Shown here: one piece after another, positions 50,001-64,000 of the stretch
Position numbering within the stretch: the first letter of the stretch is position 1
Layout: every line of letters begins with the position of its first letter
Source: Octopus sinensis
Lineage: Eukaryota
Reading direction: 5' to 3'
Assembly (NCBI RefSeq): GCF_006345805.1
Contig: NC_043000.1
Coordinates: 95,666,001 to 95,730,000 of the forward strand
Length of the DNA: 64,000 nt
The notes under the pieces: generated by a model
What the model was told of the DNA's origin: nothing
Database searches by the model: none
Seen by the model: only the letters and a program-made list of their open reading frames with translations
Position numbers and translations under genes: made by a program

Positions 50001-52627
50001 TTCTATTCTAGGACAGCCTGAAATGGGTTATGAATGTTAACCTTTTTCTTCTGACTAAGTCATTGAGAAAACTACATTCAATACAAAGTTGTTATCTATG
50101 TACCTGAATATGTGTAACTTCTGCAATACCAACCAAAGACAGGGAGTGAGAGGGATCTATTCAGAATGTCATAAGCTAATTCATCTAGAATAAGCATTAT
50201 ATATATATATTTATTCACTTACTAGTTTTAGCCATTGGACTTACAGTTTATAATAGGTAAAGGTAGAATCTAAGCTATTATGTCTACAAAGGTATTGCAA
50301 CTATTCTATAAAGTATTAATATACACACAATCGCAAGCCAGACACTTAGGAGTTATGTCAATGTAGAAAGTTTGAGGGTGGGGAAGAAATGGAGAATTAA
50401 ATTTGTTAGTAAACACTCTTGATAATGGACGTTTTTTGTGCATATTTGTGTTTCCATCAAACACACTTCAGACATTATATAGAGAACTATATGAATATTC
50501 TAAACACAAACTCATAGAAATGAATGTATCTTCACATGACCAAACTTGAAAAAGATATAGCTATAATATGTAATACCCGAGTCATTCAAAGAATACATAG
50601 AGAAAATGATTGACTTCAAAAAGCAAAATTATTTCAAAATCCTAATTTTAATTTAGCACAAGTCCAGCATTCTAAAGTGAGGAGACAAGTTGATTACATT
50701 GACCCCCCATTACTTAACTGGTACTTTGTCTCACTGATACATTTCATTGTTCTTGGTTTCTACAACTGGATGCCCTTCCTAACAACAACCACCTTACAAA
50801 GTGTAGATTTTATCATGGCTGCAACGAGAGGTTACTACTTGCTCAACAAGATTAAGAATCTTCTTGAACCCACAATATTTTTGTTCATTCCCTAACCACT
50901 TTATAAAAATGTAGAGAACATTTCATTGTGGCATCAGTGCTGGTGATGTTGTATCTCATAAAACTAGAGAGACCTCACAACTATACAATATATGTCTGAG
51001 GAGATGGAGAGAGCAAGAGTGAAAACTAAAGAATCAAGATAGATGAGAGAATGTTGGATAGTAATAAGCATGAACAATGTGTTAGTGAACACACTCATTC
51101 AAACCTAAAACTTCAAGAAATGGAAAAGTAACCAACTTTAACACTATTGAATATACTTTAGTAAATCTTTTGGGTACTCTTTATAAACATTACTTATCTC
51201 TGCCGCCTCTCCCCCTGGCTCACACACACAAAGCCCACCTACATTGATAAAGTATTGAAGTTGATGTTAAATGTACTCCAGAAAGTAGTGACCCAGTATA
51301 GCAAGAGTCAAGTGACCAAAACTAGTAAAAGAATATCAAATTTCTTACAAAAATAAAAAGTTGTAAGCTCACAGATAAAGGAAAGCAACAAGCTGAGTTA
51401 TTCACTGTTACAACAGTTTCTATTCCTATTAAATTGCAGGTGCTACACTTCCCATACCTATGCATCTAACTTATATAATTAGAGTATTAACCATATGACT
51501 TGAGTATACTTTTCGACCATGGTTGGTTATATCAGGAAATATGACATACATATACAATAATTGTGCTTATACAAAATGATGAAATATGAATTTTGAAAAG
51601 AAGAATATTTGTTATTGTCTTTTACTCCCTCTCCTCCTCTGTTTCTACAATTATTTTACTTTCAGTGTATGTGTGTGTGTGTACATGCATGTATAGCATT
51701 CCTTTAATAATTGATCACCACCAAGCCTAGTATGCGCACTCATCTTGCATCTCTTCTGTATCTTTTACTTTCTGTACCTGCCTCTCATATATATAATGAT
51801 GCAAAGCTTAACTGAAGAAACAGTCCAACTAGCCAACATCTTTATCAGCTATACATTATACAGAGATAATTTCAGCAAATATGGGAACCAACTCTGGGTA
51901 AATTCCAATCTTATAAGCCCTCTTAAGCAAAACAGTGACTTTACCATATGTAACTAAGTAGTGATGAAAAAAGAAAAAACAAAAGCCACAAGTAAATGTA
52001 TGTCATACATGAGAAAAAGTGTGGGGGGGGGTCACCAAGTTTAATATTGCTTACACTAACTTAACTGTTTTCCCTTTGGAAAATTGGAAAAGTAATTAAC
52101 TTCAATTTGCACTTAATTATATTAGTTCAAAGTCAAGGGGAGCTTAAAAAGGAGTTTACTGCAAAAGATTTGCAACTGCACAACAGTTCCCACAAGATTA
52201 AATATTGTGCAATGCTAGTTTTATTTATATATGTGTGTATGTGTATATATATATATATATGCGCACGCGCGCATGTGTGTGAAGGCACATGGCTTAGTGG
52301 TTACAGAATTCGGCTCACAATTGTAAGGTCATCAGTTTGATTCCCAGCAGCACATTGTGCCCTTGAGCAAGACACTTTATTTCACATTGCTCTAGTTCAC
52401 TCAGCTGGCAAAAATGAATAGTACCTGTATTTCAAAGGGCCAGCCTTGTCCCACTCTGTGTCATGCTCAATCTCCCTGAGAACTACATTAAGGGTACACG
52501 TGTCTGTGGAATGCTCAGCCACTTGCACATTAATTTCACAAGCAGGCTGTTCTGTTCATAGATCAACTGGAACCCTTGTCACCATAACTGATGGAGTGTC
52601 AGTAGTGCACATATAAATAAATAATAA

Positions 52628-52629
<2 letters not shown>

Positions 52630-52694
<65 letters not shown>
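52630..52694. repeat. (TA)n(CA)n compound microsatellite
   Basis: Seen directly. Confidence 0.97.
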
Positions 52695-53764
52695 TTAATG
52701 CTTGTTTTTATGTTGAGTTATACTAAAAACTTAACATTAAACTGAAGAATTAATACTTTTTCTAGGGAACATCTTATACTTCCACAAGGTAAAAGTAACA
52801 GTGGCTGCGAAGTTTTGGCCTGCTAGCCTTTGTTGACTGTCCAACAGAAGCTAGTAGATTGAAACTTTGAAGTCAGTGTCACCCCTTTCTTGTAAAAGTA
52901 TAAGACACTCTCTCGTTATGAGAGTGCGTATTGGATTTGATGCAAAGTAGAATTTAAAATTTGAATAGTAGATATCAGGAAGAAATAAGGAACAACTATC
53001 TTAAAATATCAATGACAAATGATATTAAAAAAAAGCTAAGAAAATATTTTTACTTAAGAAAGAAGAAGGCTGGTTTGATGTGCATTCATAAGTAAAATAT
53101 TAAAAAAAATTCTTAACAATGAATTTGCTATTAAAACCAGTAATATTTGTAGTGAAACCATTGCAGGATAGATTGATATAGACAAAGTTATTGTAGATGA
53201 AATATTCCAAGGATATAGTCAATTACAATGTAGTTATCGAAGGATGAAAGGAATGAGCAGGATTAAGATATTTTTTCTAGGTACACTACTGATTCTGCCA
53301 TCCATATGCCTAATATCAAAAATATTGAGTTATTCACACTGGAGAAAATGAAATATTCTAAAGTTTCTACCTTACTTTGATGACAAACTTTTAAAATATG
53401 ATAATTAATCAAAACTCTAATATCAGATGTTTAACACTGCCTATAAAACCCAGTTTGTGACATTTTCATTTGCACCAGCAGTCTAATTGTTATAAAATTT
53501 TGTGCTTATTTTTTTAAAACCATAAACATTGTTCCAGTTCACTAAATAATAAACAACCATATTGTCTTATAGCATGGGTGTCACCAATGACTCCTGAGAT
53601 ACAGTGAGAGTTACTAATGGCAGGCAAAGTACTGAAAATAGTAATAAAATAAAAAAAGGTAGCCCCAGTTAACATGAATTACTCAACTTCCCTCAATCTA
53701 TAGAACCTTTAGTGGTATTGGCAAAAAAATTTTTTTTCTTTTAAAAAAAAAATAAGGAACTCAC

Positions 53765-54546
53765 CTTGAGAAAAAGATAAAACTGGATGAAAAGAAGGAT
53801 CCAAAAGTGACAACCTTTCATGTAAAGGCATGAGGTCAGGATCTAAAGTTTGAGTGTTATTATAACGTCCTCCACACATAGCACAAGGAACAACTGGAGT
53901 ATAACAATGACATTTTACAGTTGAAAGACGAGTAGCTTTTCGATATAACTGGTGCAAACCAGCAGTTCGAAATAGTTTCCTTTTTCTGTAGCTTTTTACA
54001 GGGCGACACCTTGCAGCCTGACATGTAACATCAACAGGCACAGTAGGTGTAGCTAAGGATTCTGAATTCTCTAACAGTAGCTTATCATCAGTCTTTACTG
54101 TTGGTGAAGCTACATCACTGGTTGAAACACTTTTTCCGTTATGGTTACTATCAATTAATCCATTTAAGGATTTCTGTGTTGAGGACTGACAAGTGTCTTT
54201 ACCACTAGACATTGGTGATGTCAGACCAGGAGGTAAAATGCAGTTAACTAATGACTGATTAAATTTTGAGGACTGAAAAACAAAGGGTTTATTAGATTTT
54301 TCTGTTCTCTTCTCTCCACTTTTTTCCTCTTGATTAAGGATTTCTCCTGTCCGTGAATTATATGTTACAGGTTGAGTTTGTAGAGATTCAAATATCAAGT
54401 CCCCTTTCTCACTTCGTATTTGTCTGTGTGTATCACTTTGCTGTCGTATTCGATATTCCAAATCAGAAACTTGAGCCTGTAACCAAGTCCATCGTGAAGC
54501 AATGGCGGAACGCTCAGCAGCCCATTTCCATTCAGATCTTCGATGA
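53765..54546 (-). CDS. KANSL1: KANSL1 (NSL complex subunit 1) internal exon, first visible in the window; includes the WDR5-binding (WIN-like) motif
   Basis: ttttcag|T CAT CGA...TCT CAA G|gtgag, 782 nt. Reads HRRSEWKWAAERSAIASRWTWLQAQVSDLEYRIRQQSD...TCQAARCRPVKSYRKRKL...LDPSFHPVLSFSQ, matching the KANSL1 motifs RWxWLQAxVSDLEYRIRQQ and AARxRPV. Extends the track ORF 53709..54461. Confidence 0.95.
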
Positions 54547-57500
54547 CTGAAAACAAAAAAATTAAAACAATCAGCATTCTACTAATAATAAATTTTCAAA
54601 GTACAAAACTTGTGTACTCATGTCTAGTCGTCTTTATTTTTCTAATATCACGTATCTAACAAATCAGAATCATACTTTTTGCAAGAACAATTGAATACCA
54701 ATAAATTTCATATAATCATGAAGAATTAAATATATTAATGTAAATATGAAAATTATATTACAACTGAAAAGCCAAATAAATAAACAGCTTTTATTTCTTT
54801 TCCTATAATACAGAAGGATTAACAAACAATACTAATCCAGCATAAGACTTTTCTAATGATCTTACACAGCTAATTAAAACTGAGCATTGTGCTTCTAATA
54901 AGCAGAATAGCAAAAGGTTTTGAATGAAAGAGAATTGAACAGAAATGAAAACTAACCAATAAAGCTGGGGAGGTTAGTTTTGTCATATAAACCAATCCTA
55001 TGGAGAAAATTTAACTGGAAATTCTCATTTTATGCTTATCTGGATAAGCTGCATTAACAGTGCACAACATCTTCATGATTAAAATTAAAGGCATTTTAGT
55101 GTCATCATTATTTTTGTCTTTATAACAATGTACTGCATAAGGATATGTGTAACAAAATTGAATCATAAAAAAAATGTACACAAGATGTTGTTTTGGACAG
55201 TTTGACGGGCTATATTGTCTGCTTTGGTATGGTTTCTATAGCTGGATACCCTTCCTAATGTCAACCACTTTACAGTATTCTGGGTGTTTTTTATGTGACA
55301 TCAGCAGTGACGTTTTTTTTTTTTTTTTTTACATGGCACTGACGCCTGGTTGCTGAGTAACTTGCAGGACAAAGACCTTTCAGCCAAGAAAGGGAGTGGA
55401 ACTGTGGGGAAGTAGCTTTGTGCCAGGTGAGAGGTTAGAGTATAGTAGGGGAATAGAGATAGGTGTTTACCATAGAGAAGGATACTTAGCTATCCCAGCC
55501 ACAAAACTTAGTCACACACACACACACACACAAAATCTTTTATCTTTTGTTTCAGTCATTTGCCTGCAGCCATGCTGGGGCACCACCTTAAAGGGTTTTA
55601 GTTGAACAAATTAACCTCAGGACTTCTTTTTAAGCCTAGTACTTTATTCTATTGTCCCTGTTGTTGAACCACTAAGTTACAGGGGTGTTAATACACTAAC
55701 ACTGGTTGTTATGCAGTGGTAGAAGATAAACAGATATACATACATAGATATGCCTTTCTATTATGTATTTACACATGTCCATATACATATTCTAGCAAAC
55801 AGACCCATCCTTTGTACGGTTTAAGTTGCTTTGGTGGTATTTTTCTCCCACTAATTTTACTACCTAAAAGGTTTATGAGTAACATGACAATCTATAATTC
55901 TGATTAACCTAGGAACAAAAAATGAAATTGAAGGTTGGTTGTGGAGGTTGTTGCACTTTAATGATCATAGAACATATAAGTTTGCAAGTGATGCCAAAGC
56001 AGAGCTACTGAAGTGTCTTGGGAGTAGATTACAGATGTCTACAAAATACTGTTGTTTTACATGAAAGCAAAATTTCTTGTCAGAGACAGCCACATAAATG
56101 GTGTAAGGAAATTGAAGGAAGATATTAAAAGTTCCCCTCTGCAAGTTTTCTCAACAGAAAAGGGAGCTATATTTTTTGAGAGATAAGCTAACAAAAGCCC
56201 CTTTATTGTCTTCCCACATAGCCTGCACATAAACTAACAGTGAATAAAGTTAAACTGGTAAGGAGCTTTCTGAAAGATAATATAGCTTTCACTAGTGGAA
56301 ACAAAAATCTTATTTAAAGGTTGATTCTTTAGGACAAATCATATATGGTTGTTTTAAAAGGGTTAGAACAACAACGCTAAAACGTATTTGAAACAATGGA
56401 CATCAGTCGAAATATGATAATGGATAGGTATATAAGCATCCTTAAAGTGAAACAATGGTACCAAAGGTATAAACAAATAGAAGAGAGGGAAGGGAGCATC
56501 ATCTTTCAAGTAACTCAGAATAGGTTACTCAAGTTTAATTCAGTTTAAATATGTAGATTAAGTATTTGGTATTGGATATTCATCACATAGTGTTCCTAGT
56601 CAACTAATCACTGTCGTAGGTGAACAGCGGAAATAGACAAAATCCTTTCACTTTTAAAAAGAGGAAAAATTACGGAAGACCTTACATACAAAAAAACTAT
56701 GTCTATTTACATCCAATTACACAGGAGCTCTGGGCAAAATGTTACAGTGCATGACCATCCTTGGGACATAAGTAATGTGTGCACAAAGTTTGGTGAAAAA
56801 TGGCTGAGAATTGTGGAAATGTATGCTTTAGTCATTATACACACACATACTGTGATTTATATATACTTGATAAGAAGATACGTGATCATAGGCACACCAT
56901 TGCATTACATAAATCTTTTCAATACCAACCTACCTGAGACTGCCTCTTGATCTAGGATAGAAACTTTTTCACTTAAGATTATCTAACACCTTTTAAACAA
57001 AATTTCATATTAATTTATGTTCCAAATACCAACTTAATAACAGTAAAGTTGTTTTACTAAATTCATTATTTTCAAAATTACTGAAAGGTCATGTATTTCA
57101 ATAGAAATAAGATAACAAAAAGGTTAATGTTGAGATTATTGTATACTTTTGATTTATTAATGTGATTTGTTGTAAAGTTATTCATTTTGAATGAAACAGA
57201 AGCAAGACAGAGTTGTTGCCAAGCCTCAGATTAGTATGATCAAAGATATTTCAGCAAAGACCATAATTTATTTAAAACTAATGTTCAATATGTCGCCCCA
57301 TTAAAACAGTGGGGGTGTTGAGGGAGACTTGGCTGCTATTCTAAACAGGTCAAACATCCCTGTAGAAATCTCCTTATTGAAATATTAGTTACATTTCTGA
57401 GTGATTTCTGTTGGATTTACCATACAAATGAAAGGGTGAAATAAGGTGTTTTTGAATGTATAAAACTCATAAGGAACCCTTAAATTATCTACAAGGTGCC

Positions 57501-58874
57501 TCAATATGGTTGTTCAACCTCCTACAAACAACTGGCAAATACCTAGCAACCTTCCACTCACACCAACTGCTTTAACAAATAGTAAAGGTCACAGTTAAAA
57601 AAAAAACAAGTGGTCACAGCTGGAATGACTGATCATCTGTCTGCTCAATCATGCTGACACAGGATTAATCAACACCATATTAACTTATAGGGTATATGAA
57701 TCATCAGTGATATAGATGACTTAGCTATTCTAAGTCCCGCTATATCCAGAGCTAATACATAAATTATAAACACACATGTGAACACACACACAGCATGCAC
57801 ACAAACATATGTACAGCCTTTCCAACTATGTGCTCTCAGATTCAGTTCCAGTGCATGGTAGCCTTGGCAAGTGTCTTAATACAGCCATGGGCTGACAAAG
57901 CCTTGAATAAATTTGGTGGAAAGAAACTAAACGAAGCCTATTGTAAGCACATGCGTGTATGTGTACCTTTGTCTTGATATGTGAGGATTGTCAATTGTCA
58001 TTTTTATAAACACAAAACATGTACACACACATATCATTTAACATCTACTCACCCATCTTTGCATGGCTTACACTAAGTTTGTTGAATGACGTTTTTACAT
58101 CCAGATACACTACCAGTCAACAACTATACATACACACACACGTCTAAACACAAATATAAATACATATATACAAATTTAGATATATAAACATATAAAGTAA
58201 CTTAACCAAAAGAGAACTCAGTCACACAAGCTGTATGGCAACCTCACTAGAGTTAGTGCTACATATAAATTTTTTTTTTAAAATGGTTTTTAATGAAATA
58301 AAAGCACCCACTACACTCAGTACATACATTACAATAAAGTGGTTGACATTAGGAAGGTCATTCAACTGTAGAAATAATGCCAAAGCAGGCATTACAGCAC
58401 AATGAGATCCTGACAGCATGCAAGATGAATGAGTGTGTGTATGTATGTGTGTATATATATATATATATATAAATATATAAAAACATACACACACAATCGA
58501 CATTTAACATCCATTTTTCCATGCTTACCTGGGTCAAAGGAAATTTGTTGAGACAGATTTTCTAATCAGGTGCCCTTCCTGTTACCAACCCTCACCTGTT
58601 TCAAAGTATGGTATTATTCCTTGCTTCCATACTTATTTTTACACTAAAGTGGAAATGAAGGATATTACATGAAGTAAAGTAAGAAGATAGTAATGCACAC
58701 ACATGTATGATGGGCGTCCTTCAATTTCTGTCCATCAAATTCATTCACAAGGCTTTGGTTGCCTGGGGCTATGGTAGAAGACACTTTCCCAAAGTGTCAC
58801 GCAGGGAAACAAACTCCTTACCACACACACACATACATACATACATATATATAAATGAGTAACAAAGATGTACA

Positions 58875-59245
58875 GGTGCAGGAGTGGCTGTGTGGTAATA
58901 GCTTGATTACCAACCACATGGTTCCGGGTTCAGTCCCACTGTGTGGCACCTTCGGCAAGTGTCTTTTACTATAGCCTCGGGCCGACCAAAGCCTTGTGAG
59001 TGGATTTGGTAGATGGAAACTCAAAGAAGCCTGTCGTAGATATGTATATATGTGTGTGTGTTTGTCCCCACTAGCATTGCTTGACAATCGATGGTGTGTT
59101 TATGTCCCGTCACTTAGCACTTCAGCAAAAAAGACCGATAGAATAAGTACTGGGCTTACAAAGAATAAGTCCCAGGGTCAATTTGCTCAACTAAAGACGG
59201 TGCCCCAGCATGGCCACAGTCAAATGACTGAAACAAGTAAAAGAG
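58875..59245 (+). mobile_element. Full-length major-family SINE
   Basis: Same consensus. Further decayed copies lie at about 2051-2455(+), 6100-6290(-), 6795-6950(-), 10100-10490(+), 12165-12335(-), 42570-42905(+), 44520-44850(-) and 55540-55750(-). Confidence 0.88.
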
Positions 59246-59377
59246 GTGTCAATTCATTACAGGGATTTCAAGCAACACCTTTAATTGATTAATAAAAACA
59301 TTTACATCATTTGAAAGAAACCTAGCAAAGTGCCTCAATTTAAGTATCTAATTCAACAGAATCTTAATTACATTTTC

Positions 59378-59416
<39 letters not shown>

Positions 59417-59449
59417 TCTATAATAAATATTTCCTCATACACATATGTG

Positions 59450-59487
<38 letters not shown>

Positions 59488-60304
59488 TTTAACCAAGAAT
59501 AATCATAGAAACACACACACACACACACACGTTCATGCATATGCTACAGTTACAACAATTATATTTATAAATAACAAAAAGATTTTTGGGGTAATATTCT
59601 TTTAAAACTAACAACTTGTTTTCAATGAAATATAAGTCAATATTGTGGTATTTCATCCCAGGTCAGCACAGCCAAGTTAACTTATGACCAAGGACACTCC
59701 AATCATCACCATACAGGATTTTTTTTTTTTTATTTTGGCTTTTCATAACAAGGTCTACATTATCAAATAAGCCATTTTTTATCTTAAGATAATAGCTGCA
59801 AGATTTAAAGGGCACTTGGGTGCTATTTCTAGCAGGCTGAGAAATCATGTGGAAGTCCCCTCATTGATACCTAAATTATATTATATTGTAACGATTTTTT
59901 TCTATATTTTTTTTAAAACAGGTTGGACACAACTGTAATAGTAAACTGATGTGTTTCCAAATGTGTTTGTTACAATACAATGATTACGCACATACAGATA
60001 TCTACACAGCTCTAAAAACAGTGACCATACACGCATTCATATATGGACAATAGATGACTTGCTGTTAAAGCAACAAACACACACACACTTGAGAAATGCC
60101 TTTTCCCATCCAAGTACTTTGTTTAGTCCCACCACTACGACCTCCCACCACTACCCTATCCAGATTTTTACACTTATCCAACAATCAATCATCGCACACA
60201 GACAGGTGGAGTGTACGACTGCGCAGTATAGACATCCAGTGAGGCACAAAGACACACACGCACAGATGGCTGGAAAATTCATTTAGAAATTAAATGAATG
60301 AATG

Positions 60305-60337
<33 letters not shown>

Positions 60338-61092
60338 ATAGTACTCATTTGGCTAATAGCAAATAACCATTAGTAAAAAACAAAACAATTCAAGTAAAAT
60401 ACCAACATGCCAACACACTTGATACCAGGCAAAATTCACAATATCATACTGAATAAGTTATATAATGACAATAATATTGTTACTATATTATTTCACTATT
60501 CCAGTATACCATAAAAATAAACTGGTTTCTAATTTAAACATGAGATTTTTGGTGAAACAAAAACCACCAACTAAGCAGTTATCACACTAAAACCATTTTA
60601 AGATGTAGATATCACAAAAGCATCACAAACCAGACATGATTTGAAAGCCTTCACAAGTCTCATTCACACCTGCCTATAATGTCTCATTGTTGAGTCAAAT
60701 GCAACGCTCAAAAAAATCTTGTCTTTTGTGCTGTTGAATATGTGTCAGACAACTGATTACTTCAAACCAGACCTTATGACCAAAAGAAGGAAACCCTGTG
60801 TGTGTGTGAATGTTTCATAAGTACCTTATACTTAACCTCTATATCAGATTTAAGTATAGGATGAAAGATTCTGCAAATTCCGACATTTGTATGGATCAGA
60901 GAAAATATTACCAACGCAGTGATAAAACACTGGACAAAATAATTAGTTTTATAATTTAGTTACATCTATTTACATTTTCAATTTAGATTGCCCCCTGGCT
61001 AATTTTGCTTTCTTTCATTTTTTAGCGTCAAGTATATTTACATACAGTAATGATGTGCCTATCTCCTCTCTCGTACTGTGTGTGTGTGTATA

Positions 61093-61800
61093 TCATCATC
61101 ATCATCATCATTTAACGTCCGCTTTCCATGCTAGCATGGGTTGGACGGTTCAACTGGGGTCTGGGGAGCCCGAAAGCTGCACCAGTCCAGTCAGATCTGG
61201 CAGTGTTTCTACAGCTGGATGCCCTTCCTAACGCCAACCACTCCGAGAGTGTAGTGGGTGATTTTATGTGCCACCGACACAGGTGCCAGACGAGGCTGGC
61301 AGACGGCCACGCTTGGATGGTGTTTTTATGTGCCACCGACACAGGTGCCAGATGAGGCTGGCAAACGGCCACGATCGGATGGTGTTTGTTACGTGCCCAC
61401 TGCACGGAGGCCAGTCGATGCGGTACTGGCTACGGCCACGGTCGGATGGTTTTCTTGTGTGCCACGTGCCACCGGCACTGGTACCACAAAGATACAAATT
61501 CCATTGATGTTCATTTGTTTTGATTTTCACTTGCCTCAACAGGTCTTCACAAGTGTCACAAGAAGGAAGGTATGCACAGGTGGACTGACTACGTCCCAGG
61601 TAGGGGCCACAGGTTATGGCCTGACTAGTCTTGCCAGGTCTTCGGATGGTGTTTTTATGTGCCACCGACACAGGTGCCAGATGAGGCTGGCGAACGGCCA
61701 CGATCGGATGGTGTTTGTTACGTGCCCACAGCACGGAGGCCAGTCGGTGCGGTACTGGCTACGGCCACGTTCGGATGGTTTTCTTGTGTGCCACCGGCAC
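61093..61800 (-). mobile_element. Short young copy of the RTE at 30539-33046 (3' UTR plus last codons), with an extra 5' block
   Basis: The reverse complement is near-identical by eye to 32270-33040 (ORF end GAAGACC.GGCAAGACTAG, UTR, (GAT)n tail). Bases 61644-61800 duplicate 61316-61480. Confidence 0.92.
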
Positions 61801-61991
61801 TATATTCATTATTATCGTTTAGCATCCGCCTTCCATGCTAGCATAGTCTGGACAGTTTGACAGGAGCCTGCAGACAGCTGGATGCCCTTCCTAACATCAA
61901 CCACCCAGCAGAGTAGACAGTGCTTTTTATGTTGCACAAGCTATATATATATATATATATACACACACACATACATACATACACACACACA

Positions 61992-62227
61992 TAGGGTGGT
62001 CCAAAAGTCGGTTTACAGTTATCACGTTGACACTTTAAATTTCTTTTAAAACATTTTATTACACTTAAATTTCTATCTTACAAACTGAAAAGGGAGCTTG
62101 ACAGAATTAACTAAATTACCATAGAATAATGGTCTCATATTTTTTTTATAATTAAGATCTAAACTGTTAATATATGAATGCAAAAGAGATAGTTGAATAA
62201 CTGTAAACCTACTTTTGGGCCACCCTG
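61992..62227. mobile_element. Tc1/mariner-derived MITE (~236 bp)
   Basis: About 30-bp TIRs: AGGGTGGTCCAAAAGTCGGTTTACAGTTAT ... ATAACTGTAAACCTACTTTTGGGCCACCCTG, followed by TA. Confidence 0.85.
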
Positions 62228-62952
62228 TATATATATATACTAGCATACCTGTGTCAGCAAAAATACCAATAGTTTTATTAATGATAGAAAATGGCAAATC
62301 AACACATGGGGCAAACCACTGACAAAAGTCAGCAATCTAGAAAATATATGTACATACACAGAATTGAAGCACTTGAAGAATCAAAAACGATTGTAACATC
62401 TCGGTTAAAAACATCACCTACATAAAGTACGTTAGAGTGTATATGTGGGTTGTGTGTGTGTGTATAAATAAATATAAAATACATCAAGTATAGGACATCT
62501 CCAATGAGTGAAAAATATATAAACACACAAGAGATAAGTAGAGGACAAAATACCAAAAAATATACAATAAGAACAAGACATCAACGGGTGAAAAATACAT
62601 AAACTGATAAAGAGAGACAAGTAGGGGACAAAACACCTAAAAAAAAGTCTAACCCTTCCTCAGTTGTCGACTTAATTACTCCATATACACGTATGTACAT
62701 ATAGATACATATAAGCATAAATATATACATACACATATTTACATATATATGCCGCCACGAAGTACGGTCACGGGCCATGAGTGGATTTGGTCAAAGGAAA
62801 CTGAAAGAAGCTTGTCATGTGTGTATATATATATATATATATATATGAATGTATACACATACCTCTGTATATACATATGCATGTGTGCATGCATGCATAT
62901 GTTTGTTCACATTTTTTAGATTGATGAAATCATTTTATCGAATATAGCATAT

Positions 62953-62955
<3 letters not shown>

Positions 62956-62993
<38 letters not shown>

Positions 62994-63024
62994 TGAGTGA
63001 GTGTGTGTGTGAGTGTGTGTGTGT
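62956..63024. repeat. (TG)n / (TGAG)n microsatellite
   Basis: Seen directly. Confidence 0.97.
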
Positions 63025-63718
63025 GAAATTGATAAATTTGATTTCATTTTCATTCAGAGCTCAGTACAGTTTACTGCCTCTGACTGTCACTCATTGCCAC
63101 TTCGTTTGTTGTTTTACTCTTCTTTCCCTTGCGTCATTGGAGCAAAGCTTAAGAGCTGCTGCTTGCATTAGCATCTCTCACTGTCACCCTTTCGCAGTTT
63201 ATCTGTTTTACTTTTCTTTGCCTACACACTAAGCATTTTATTATATACAAAGATATATACATACACACACACACAATTAGAGGATATGTTAACGTTGTGA
63301 AGAGATGGTTGCATCCAAGGAAATACTAGTTCAATACCTAGTAGCTCTGGGGAATGAAATCCCCTTAAAACAATAGGTATATACAAAGCATATAGTTTAT
63401 ATCTATTTAAAGAAAAGAAAATGGAGATAAGGAAGTTAATAATTGTTTATTATTAACAAATTGGTCATCATGCTTCTTACAGCTGTTTCAATTAATACTC
63501 AATTTAATTACGAATTTGTACATTAAATTTACATTTATGTGACAGGAGTATAATTTCATCAGAGGAAAAAAGATGTACCTTTGGATGTTATATGTGGGCT
63601 TATCAATCCATTTCAAAAGGTACATTAAACTGAATATTAACAGAAACAGCTGTAAGAAGCAAAGATGACCAATTTGTTAATAATAAACAATTATTAACTT
63701 ATCTCGATTTTCTATTCT

Positions 63719-63744
<26 letters not shown>

Positions 63745-63762
<18 letters not shown>

Positions 63763-64000
63763 TTTAATATATAAAATCCGCTCCATCTGTCTGTTTATGT
63801 GCTTATAACTCGAGTATTGTTCATTCAATCACGCTAAAATTTTAAACATGGATACATGAGAGAGCTGGGCGTTCTGTAAGCTAAAAAGATTTTCAAAATT
63901 GTTAGTTTCAAAGTGAGAATTTTTGTAATCTTTAATGTCCTGTTTGTTCTGCCATAAAAACAACCAGTTGCTCAGATGGCATATACCATTTCACTAGCAA
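63745..64000 (+). mobile_element. Probable Helitron-derived non-autonomous element, 5' part
   Basis: Starts TATATAAAATCCG...CATCTGTCTGT...ATAACTCGAG...AAAATTTT, resembling Lep1/HINE-type 5' ends. An opposite-orientation piece lies at about 56730-56875. Confidence 0.45.

Noticed and set aside
56080-56480. Decayed hAT transposase (similar impression at 42290-42520)
   Set aside because: The resemblance is vague, with many stops and no diagnostic motif I can cite.
54547-64000. Further upstream KANSL1 coding exons
   Set aside because: I found no ORF or spliceable segment with KANSL1 similarity. The region is repeats and intron-like sequence, though a very small exon could have been missed.

Overview
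AT-rich, repeat-dense animal genomic DNA. The SINE, RTE and MITE content suggests a coleoid cephalopod such as Octopus; this is an inference from repeat families, not a database result. Two convergent spliced genes can be rebuilt by hand. On + are four coding exons of DNAJC12 (3677-19227; the first coding exon appears to lie upstream of the window). On - are the last seven coding exons of KANSL1/NSL1 (54546 down to 26010; the N-terminal exons appear to lie beyond 64000). The introns hold tRNA-derived SINEs, RTE/CR1/Penelope retroelement fragments, decayed Tc1/mariner elements, piggyBac/hAT/Tc1-type MITEs, Helitron-like pieces and microsatellites. There is no prokaryotic content, no CRISPR array and no supportable rRNA or tRNA gene. 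The most interesting signals are: (i) a young RTE LINE inserted a few bases inside a KANSL1 splice acceptor, creating competing out-of-frame AGs; (ii) an 81-bp tandem duplication of a KANSL1 splice donor that permits a stop-free 27-aa insertion; (iii) a C4HC3 PHD-like finger inside the LINE reverse-transcriptase ORF; (iv) a variable-copy array of double stem-loop units in the RTE 3' UTR; (v) a rearranged, partly inverted local duplication in a KANSL1 intron. None of these is proven to be a new biological system. Repeat boundaries are approximate; exon boundaries were counted base by base.
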